A stretch of DNA of 61,437 bases, the filler included. It is 10 parts of 10 records of this genome, joined end to end, with 100 filler letters (N's around TTAATTAATTAA, not from the genome) between each part and the next. Parts side by side here need not be neighbours in the genome. Positions count along the whole stretch, not along the records: positions 46,905 to 61,437 come from SRR15195285_1465; 9 more parts are not named here. One strand, given 5' to 3'. Below the pieces are notes generated by a model. It searched no databases. It was not told the origin of the DNA and saw nothing but the letters and a program-made list of their open reading frames with translations. Below are positions 53,364 through 61,437 of this stretch, one piece after another (position 1 is the first letter of the stretch; every line of letters starts with the position of its first letter). Position numbers and translations under genes: made by a program.

Positions 53364-54197
53364 TCAGACCCCATCGCTAGCTCCTTGACAACATCGGCTG
53401 CGTCGTATCACAGCACAACATCCAAATGTCGAATTGAAGGCAGAGAAGCAAAACGAGAAGCTTGAGGGAGGAATGACTGATGGTCTGCATTTCTCACCGA
53501 TGTCCGGAGAGACCCAGGCTTCTTCCGCCTCGCCCATCTCATCATCACGATCCCACATCGCATAGCTGTTCGTCATCGAGCCGTTCGGAAACACGCCAAG
53601 TACAGTACAGTTCGCCATTCCAATCCCGTCCGGTTGCGAACCATAGATTTGCAGATGTGCTTGACGCACAGCCGATAGGTCGGACAGGGGTACGACCACG
53701 TCCGGTGCAAACGAAAACTTAAACCCCTGCAGCAAGCAGTTCGTTTGGCGGCGAGTGAGATCGCAGGACATCACACCAAAGATCAAAGCTTGCTGCCACA
53801 GCATCCGCGTTCAGAAACGTAACGTGCAGAGGCCTACCGCGCTATTTTCTTCGTCGACGCTGATGTAGGCCGTGCTGTGGTTGTGCTCTGGTGCGGGCAG
53901 CGGCTGTAGGACAGCAGCTGTCTTGAATGTGAAATCGTGGTGCGTCTGCGCGACGATCATCTCCACAGATTGGAAGGCCTGATTTTTGTGGGTCATGTTC
54001 GCACGAAACTTTTCGTCGTCGATGCCGTTGCGCGTGTACATATTGAATTCGTCGCGCACGTTGCCGTCAATATCACGAAACTGCGACCCGTCGGACGCGC
54101 GGGGCGATCCACGCTCGTGTGTGCCTGGATTTCTCAGCGCTGAGCATTCGTCGAATCGTGAACAATGGCGCGTGCAGGTTGCAGCACCTGTATTCAC
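53364..54197 (-). CDS. Probable small multi-exon hypothetical protein
   Basis: Two collinear minus-strand ORFs with protein-like cores (GSQFRDIDG...EENSA; GFKFSFAP...GEKCR). Boundaries unresolved. Confidence 0.4.
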
Positions 54198-54593
54198 TAT
54201 TCAGACGTGCGTGCACCGCGGCTGCTACGTACCGACTACAGGATACAATTGTAGCTAGTAGCTGCCGTAGTATCCGCCCACTGCCGGCCACGGTCAGGCT
54301 AAAATACTGTACAGTGACGGACAGACCCCTCTGAGAGTGTACGCACGGAATGGGTGGGCGCGAAGACCAGGCGGCCAGCAGTCTGGACCAGGTGGCACAG
54401 CAGCCGCTACGCAGCGCGACCGTCCCCCACTCAGGGGCGTCGAGGACACCGGTGGTGTGCCCGTGGCTGTGGCTGTGGCTGTGGCTGGGCTGGAGCTGCG
54501 GCCAGGCACGCGGGCAGGGTCGTCGCTTCCGCGGCTGTGGCTGCTCCGCTCACTGCAGCGAGCGGCGTGGCCATTGCGGCGCTGTCGAGAGGG

Positions 54594-57035
54594 ATGGACG
54601 ACGTCGACCTGCAGCTCCCGAACGATTTTGACATACAGCGCTTCATCGTCGAAGGCTACGCGATCTGCGAACCCTCGTTCGGTGCAGACTTCCATGCGGG
54701 TGTCGCGCAGCTCATCGATCAGATCCAACCTCCGGTGCTCACAGACGTGTCACAAGCACCAGATGGGGTCGAGTGGGCAGCGGAGAAGGCCCGGTGGGCG
54801 GCGGGCGAGCAGTCGATGGCAGGCGTTGCGCCCGGGAGCGTGGGAAAAATCCCGGGCACAGAGAAGTACTTTGTGCTGGCCGACTCGCCGGCGGACAATG
54901 CCCCACTGAAGGCGGTACTTGATATCGTCGAAGGCGGCCTGGTTGACGAGCTCCAAGCACGCGTCGACCAGGTCTACGCTGCGCCTGATGTGGCCGGCCT
55001 GCTGACCGGCCTACTTGGAGAAAATTACGTGATGGACGCTGCGTCATCATCGATGATCGTGTCCCGCGCCGGTAAGAAGGGGCAGCAATGGCACAAGGGG
55101 GGGTCTGGAAAGCGTCGGCATCACTACCCGCGGCACATCAGCGTCCTCTACTGTGCGTGTGTAACCACCACGTGGTCATGACCTATGAACCATCCAACCA
55201 TCTAAATAGCTGCCTGTAATGAGACATGACCAGTTCTTCTACACGAGTCTGCGCTCTCCGCAACGCTTAACTTACGCTTGATCCAAGCAAATCCCAAGCT
55301 GACACGGCGTACCATGCTGACAGATCCGGAAGAAGTGACCTTGGAGCTCGGCCCAACAGAAATCATGCGTCGTTCTCAGTATCTGGTCAACACCACGTCA
55401 GGAGATGCCAGTTTGCGGCCTGATGATACTGGTCCGGATTACCTCAGTTTTGCGTACAGCGCTGGGAATCAGTACAACATGGACGGAGACGGCGGCGTGC
55501 ATGTCGTGCCTGCACACTACGGCCGCCCACGGTTCGTCACCGTACCAGCTGGTTCGGTCGTCATGATGCACTACGACATGTGGCGTGCGTGAAACCATCA
55601 AATACATACACATGCCACGTCTCTGCACTTGGACGCTGGATCCAAGGAAAATCTACGCTGACATGGGGCACCTTGCTGCACAGATCGTGGAACAGGAAAC
55701 ACGGGCCAGAGTGATCGTCGAGCCTTCCAGATGTACTTCTTCCGTGTCGAGGAACCAAGCGTGTGTGGACCGTCCTGGAACCACGAGCCTGGGATTGAAT
55801 GGAGGCCTTCCGTCGACGACGACATGATTCTACCTGAGCACAGTCTGCTGCCCCTGTGGCTGTCTGTATGGCGCTGGATGTGTGGTGAGGAGGCAGAGGA
55901 GTGGACGGAACACGTGCCAGAGGTCCACGCCGAGCCACCTGAGCTTATCGAGCGCTTTGGAATGCTTAGCGCTCCGTGGACTATCCCAAATCCATCCGAG
56001 CTTGGCATTCCGACGTTTGTTGCGAAGCCTTCTGAGATCGCAACTGCTGAAGGCTTTCCGAGTGAGATAGCTGCGCTTCGTGCAGCCTACGCGGTTGCCC
56101 ATGAGGCTGACATCAGCTTGGCACGGAGAGTCTTCGCTGAAATGATACGTGGCTCAGACAAGACCTTCTGCGCTGGAGATGCTGGGGCGGTCGTGGCTTA
56201 TCACGCCTCACTGGCGTTGCAAGCAATGTCCCCTCAGGTGATTGTCGAGGCTGACTTGCTAAGTAGTCTAGCAACCGTCCTCATCAGTGGGGAATCAGAC
56301 TTGACAGAGGTCGGTGTCACTGTTGCTCGCAATCATGCCGCGTTTCTCCTGGGTGATATGACGTCTTCTGTTGTAGGCACATGGTCACGTGAGCAGGCAG
56401 AAGATGCGACTACTGTAGCACAGGTATCAACGGCCATCACGGCACTTACACACGCTCTCAACACGCCGGAGTTGCATTTGTGCCAGGCAGCTGCTGCGGA
56501 AGGATTGGGATTTGCGGTCTCCGCGCTCAAGTCGCTTGCAGCAGCCAGACCAACATCTCAGGCCGCGCAGCTGGTCGAAACGACGCAGAGTGCGTTGCAG
56601 GAAGCATTGGCCAACATCAGGTCCCACCACATTGCTGACAGTGTCATCACCAGTGTGGCAACGGAGAAGATGGATGGTCCACGTAACTCAGCAATGTCGC
56701 GTCTACATGCGGTAGCATCCCATGTCAATGTTGTTGGGTCTGATCTACCTCAGGTGTCCAAGGAAACTGCTTCCGGTCTTGACACAGACCCGGGAGCTGA
56801 ACAGATGGTGGAGGCACTGCGCAACCTGAACGCTTCCCCTCGCCAGAACAGTCTGGAGACGTACGTACTGTTCGCCCTGCACAAGTCTGGCGTTGGAACG
56901 ACGTTGCCCGCGCCGCCCGCGGGATTCCCGGTGCACAAACGCAGCTCGATTCCCATCGCATGGGTGTCGTCTATTCCGGGAGGAGTCCAAGCCTACGGCG
57001 GAAATTTCGATCAGTTTAACATCAACTTGAACTAA
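54594..57035 (+). CDS. PhyH-family Fe(II)/2-oxoglutarate enzyme with a helical (HEAT-like) C-terminus, three exons
   Basis: IQRFIVEGY, QQWHKG, YYPEEVTLELGPTE, VPAGSVVMMHYDMWHRGTGN...R. Introns 55153-55323 and 55585-55683 restore YYP and WHRG. Start codon uncertain. Confidence 0.82.
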
Positions 57036-57533
57036 ATTTTGATGCGAGAAAACAAGACACGACCAAAAGTTGCCGCCATCGTGCGCGTGCAGAATGTCGC
57101 ACAACTAGCAATCGTTTTAGACGTGCGCTAGGCAAGTAAATCATTGTTCGAATACGATCACTCCGCCCCCATCCCCATCCCGATGCGATATGTACGCATT
57201 GCACATCCCCGCGTCACCGCCATGCGCGGGCCAAATACTGTAGCGTGTAGGTCCTACAATCTTACGGTACACGGAGGGCAACCCCACGGAGGGCGCCCGC
57301 ATGTCATGGTCGGGACGGACCGGTGCAATTCAAAAGAATTTAGAAATTCAAAAACGTAAACGAACACCGCGACCGCGGACTGCGGACTGCGCGCGCGAGT
57401 GGACGATCCTGTACGGTAGTATGGCAGGCAGCTTGAGGGCGCGAGCTTGAGGGGCCCCGATAGGTCCAGACGGCCGTACTTGACTGTCAGCTCTACGCTC
57501 TCTGCGCGTGCAGTGTGGACTGCTTGATCGAGC

Positions 57534-59105
57534 ATGGCCGAGAAACGTCCGCGTGGCGACGACGGCATGGCCGCGGCTGCCGCCAGCAACGCCGCCGCCG
57601 CTCCTGCCGCCGCCGTCGCCGCCGCTCCGGCGGCTGCCGCCGCCTCCGCCACTCCGGCTGGTGTCGCCGCTGCTGCCGCCGCCGCTCCGGCTGCTGGCAG
57701 TGGTGCCGCTGTTGGTGGTGGCAGCACCTCTGCTGCAACATTCGCTGCTGCCAGCGACGCCTCGTCGTTCAGTCAGGCCAGCTTGGACGGGGTCCTGGCT
57801 GTAATTCGCCGGTTGCGTGTGGAAGCTGGAGCCAACGAAAACTTCGTCGAGGCTCTCAGCACAATACGCAAGATGCTCTCGAACATCCTTCACCATCCGA
57901 CAGAGGAGAAGTTTCGCTCGGTCCGGATAGGTAACAAGCATTTCTATGCGCAGGTCGGGCGGTTCACAGCCGGGATAGAGCTGCTTCAGTGCTTCGGCTT
58001 TGAAGAGGCTGTCCGCAACGCCGCAGATGGTACTGTATCCGGCCATGTTGCAGCTGCAGCGCCTGCTAGTAGCGCTGTTGCTGCGGCACCAACACACTTA
58101 GCTCTGCCTGTTGCGGATCCGGCAAAGATGGCGCCTGGCCTAGTGCTGCTAGAGGCGGCTCGGCAGGCCTCGGCAATGGTGACGGCAGCAGGCGACACCG
58201 CCGATGGGGCTTGTGCTGCTGCCGCCGCCGCTCCCACAGATGCCGCTGCTGCGCCTGCTGCCGCCGACGCGACCAGTGATAATGTCTCGATGGAGAGAGA
58301 GATGAAGCGCTCAAGATCTGAACGAAGTGCGTCCAGCGATGCAGCAGTTGCCAGTAGAGCAACCGGGGGGGGAGCGGCCACGGCCGCCGCGGCCGCAGCG
58401 GTGCAAGAGGCTCCACAGGAGGAACACGATGGGGATGACAGCTTCATCCTACCTCCGGACCTGGAAGACTACTCGGCGGCTGGCATCGATCAGTACTTTG
58501 GAACAGTCCTCAAGTTCGATGAAGGCACCAGTGGGGGGCTGTCACTAGGTGAGCTTACACTGCGGCAGTTGGTCGCCACCGCCGAGGACGCGAGCTCAAT
58601 CGCACAGGCAACGGCCGATACAACAGCACTGAGTCGTGCACAGCATTGGCTACAGATACTCAAGGACTTTCAAGCTACAGATGGTAGAGAACCTACCGAT
58701 GCCGGCGGCGCAGCAGGTGGTGCAGCGTTGGCTGTAGCAGGTGCATCAACAGCAGCAGCCAGCGCTGGCAACAGTGAAAATGCACTCAATCCTGGAGGAG
58801 ACGGGATTGGGTGGGATGGGAACTACGAGGCTTGTGCGTCCTGTGGTGTTGAAGGCGAGCTGGTTTGTTGTGATTCCTGCCCGCGTGCGTATCACATGAC
58901 GACGGAGTGTCTGGGCGGGCCCGATGCGATGCCACCGGTGCGCCTCCTCTACGTCGTCGTTGCAGCTGTTAATTACGATCATGGGTATTGGTTTTTAAGT
59001 CGCGTGCTCACGCTCATTGTGCACGCATGTCAGGAAGATGATGATGCCCAATGGATCTGTCCGGCATGCACCATGGAAACACAACTCGCAGCAAAGGTTT
59101 GGTGA
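57534..59105 (+). CDS. PUB-domain + PHD-finger protein
   Basis: PUB: LSNILHHPTEEKFRSVR.GN...LLQCFGF. PHD: CASC...LVCCDSCPRAYH...C...WICPAC after removing in-frame intron 58938-59033. Confidence 0.85.
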   Translation: MAEKRPRGDDGMAAAAASNAAAAPAAAVAAAPAAAAASATPAGVAAAAAAAPAAGSGAAVGGGSTSAATFAAASDASSFSQASLDGVLAVIRRLRVEAGANENFVEALSTIRKMLSNILHHPTEEKFRSVRIGNKHFYAQVGRFTAGIELLQCFGFEEAVRNAADGTVSGHVAAAAPASSAVAAAPTHLALPVADPAKMAPGLVLLEAARQASAMVTAAGDTADGACAAAAAAPTDAAAAPAAADATSDNVSMEREMKRSRSERSASSDAAVASRATGGGAATAAAAAAVQEAPQEEHDGDDSFILPPDLEDYSAAGIDQYFGTVLKFDEGTSGGLSLGELTLRQLVATAEDASSIAQATADTTALSRAQHWLQILKDFQATDGREPTDAGGAAGGAALAVAGASTAAASAGNSENALNPGGDGIGWDGNYEACASCGVEGELVCCDSCPRAYHMTTECLGGPDAMPPVRLLYVVVAAVNYDHGYWFLSRVLTLIVHACQEDDDAQWICPACTMETQLAAKVW

Positions 59106-59305
59106 AGGTGGTAGGACAAGTGCAAGACAAAGCGACGAATGATGATGCACATTGAGCCGACAGGAGGCGAAATCCATTTCATCCAAGGGCGACAGAGCAA
59201 CTGTTCCACCGATACAGAGCAGATCCAGACCGTACTCGCTATGCGTCGTGTTGTCAACTTGTCGTAAAGCGTATCTGTACCTGACTGTCCATCTGTGCCG
59301 GCGGC

Positions 59306-61437
59306 CTAGGCCGGCACATCGGTCTGCTCTTCCAAAGCCTTCCTTTCACGAGCAATCGTCTGCAGCTTCTCACGTAGCACCTGCAGCTCTTCTGCGTCCT
59401 GCTCCTGCTGCTGTAAGCGTGCTGGCCAAGACACGGCCGCATGCAAGGCGTTCAGAGCCTCCACGCTGCTGGTGTCGTCCTGAGCGATATCTACGAGGCA
59501 TCGTAGTAGTGCACAATGCTGTGCTGGCTCCGGCAGCTCGTTCTCACTGTTCGCGATCCGCTCCAGCTGTCGACAGATGACCGGACGCACAGAGCCGAGA
59601 ATCGTATACTTGATCAAGGTCAGGAGGCTACCTGTTGTGTTGAGCATGTCAAAATCGATGTTGTCCGCGTTGCGCTCCATCTGCACTCGCTCCTCTTCTG
59701 AGATATTTTCGACTGTATCTTCTTCACAGCGCTGAAGCAGATCTTCAATCAGCTCGGCTGCCCGTTCCATCAGGCTGGCTTGAGACGTTAACTTGTATCC
59801 CGTACTCGCTGCCACTGTCGTGCGTGTTGGATCGTTCTTGCGGTTACGCTCTTGGTCAACCGTCGGCAGCGTTCCCTTTTCAGCTTTCGCAGCAGCCCAC
59901 CGCTGTTCCATCAGCCGTCGAGCTTCCATGTGCTCATGCACACGGGCGCGCCTCGCTGACCTTCTCTCTCGCTCTTGTTGCGACATTGTTTTTCTGGCTA
60001 CCCGATCTCTCTCTATTTGCGCTTTGCGAGTGGCCTCAACTCGCGCTGCCGCCGCTCGACGCTGCTTTCGAGCAGCAAGCTGCTTTGTGTGCTCTTCCCG
60101 TCCTGCTCTCTCTAGCCGGGCAATCGACGCTGGCTGAAGACCAGCTTCGTCTGCGGCAGCAGCAGCAGTTGCTGACAGCAGTAACTCTTCCAGTAACGTC
60201 TCCGCCGCCGCGTGAGAGGCTGCAGCAGCAATAGCCTCGCGCAGCTTGGACTCCTGCGACGGACCGAGGCGTCCATTTCTGGTTTTTGCGGCTGCTGCCT
60301 GCTTGGCACGAGCAACCCTTGTACTCGATGCATGCTCTTTCTCGGCTGCTGCTGCTGCTTGTATCTGTTGCTGACGAGCATTCTCCTCTTGTGCTTGCGC
60401 CTGCGCAAGCTCCCACTTGCGCAACGACGCCGCCTGCATTTCAGCAAGCGTTCTCCTCTGTTTAACATTTCGAAGCTGCTGCTCTACCAGATGTATCTTT
60501 AGCTTGCTGGCTGCCTCTGCTCGAGCACGGTGAGCCAGTGGTGGCTCAACATTCTGTGGTTCGACTGAGGCGAATTCCACCCCTGTCACATGCGAGTGGC
60601 CTCAGAGCGAAGTTCACAAACAAGGCACATGCGCGTGCTTGCTTACGTTTATCGGCAGCGCATCCTACGGCTTCGTTCTCCCTTTTTGCATCTTCTGGAT
60701 CCAGGTCCTCGAATTCATCATCATCTGCGTAGTTATCCTCGTGATCCACATTGTCATAAGCTTCGACAAACGATCCGTCCTCGTAGTCATCGTCCCTGTC
60801 TTCCTCTACTACTGGCTCTGTCTGTGTCATGGCGGCCTCATCACCTCCATCGTCATCACCAGGCACTGTCGATGCCAACTCGGTATCTTCCACACCGTCA
60901 GTCTGGTCGATATCCTCAGCAAGATGAAACGCTACCAAATCATCCTCTACACCTGACGTGTCTGTGGGCACATTGGGGTCAGCGGCTACGGCGTCTTCTA
61001 CCTCCTCTTGCTCGTCCTCGTGCTCGTGCTCGTGGCCTGGCTCTGGCCCCGATTCTGGATCCGGCACCGACTGTGAAGTCATGTCTTCCAATGCGCTTGA
61101 CCCTGGCTCGAGTTCCGGTTCAGGCGTGAGCTCAGGTGCAGGCTCAGGTGTAGGTGCAGGCTCAGGTGCTGAAAGGTGCAGCTCGATCTGACTCCGACGA
61201 CGCTCGCTTGGCAGCAACGGACGGAAAGGACCTTGATGTGACCCTTGTCGTTGCAGCTGCACGGACAGATTGTGCTGCAGAGCCTTGCACCTTTGTAGCT
61301 GCTGTTGTCTTCTCACTTGCTCTGCACTAGCCACTTTAGAATGACTGTCTGTTGGATCTCGACACAGGTCTGTGTTGCCAGCAGAAGGGCCATGCACCTC
61401 TCCAGCTGCAGCCGTGGACACCCATACCCCACCAGGT
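59306..61437 (-). CDS. Hypothetical acidic / coiled-coil protein, 5'-truncated by the window
   Basis: ORFs 60546-61421 and 59306-60589 join through C|GTAAGC...ACAG|GG. D/E-rich then A/E/R/Q-rich; the frame is open to the window end. Confidence 0.65.

Noticed and set aside
446-57035. Split ORFs as pseudogenes, frameshifting or an alternative genetic code
   Set aside because: Canonical GT-AG introns restore frames and conserved motifs under the standard code in each gene examined (the U-box remnant excepted).
1-61437. Taxonomic assignment (a Picozoa-like marine flagellate was my impression)
   Set aside because: No rRNA or diagnostic marker was read; it needs a BBS7 or multi-gene phylogeny. 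No tRNA or rRNA genes were recognised.

Overview
This is not one locus. It is ten eukaryotic contigs joined by nine identical artificial 100-bp linkers (N44-TTAATTAATTAA-N44), so adjacency across a linker means nothing. The DNA is gene-dense and GC-rich, with short GT-AG introns (about 70-170 bp; donors mostly GTGCGT/GTGAGT/GTACGT) that I resolved by hand for most genes. BBS7 implies a flagellated protist; the lineage cannot be fixed from the sequence alone. Recognisable genes: sialate O-acetylesterase-like, Sen1/senataxin-like SF1 helicase, GET2/CAML-like, NudC/NUDT12-like, beta-lactamase-fold hydrolase, EF-hand + CNBD channel, RING-H2, BBS7, GH27 glycosidase, PhyH-family oxygenase and PUB-PHD. 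The most striking items: (1) a SAM-kinase-TIR-PARP protein that splices into a CLEC16A/FPL-like domain; (2) a ~2,695-aa pseudokinase-PDZ-ankyrin-kinase-TIR-TIR-SAM protein with a ~414-aa activation segment. Together these suggest a modular kinase-TIR-SAM, NAD-consuming, immune-like family. (3) A PhyH-family enzyme with the HxG...H iron site typical of halogenases; (4) a CNBD channel with no selectivity-filter motif. All family calls are by motif recognition only; no searches were run.
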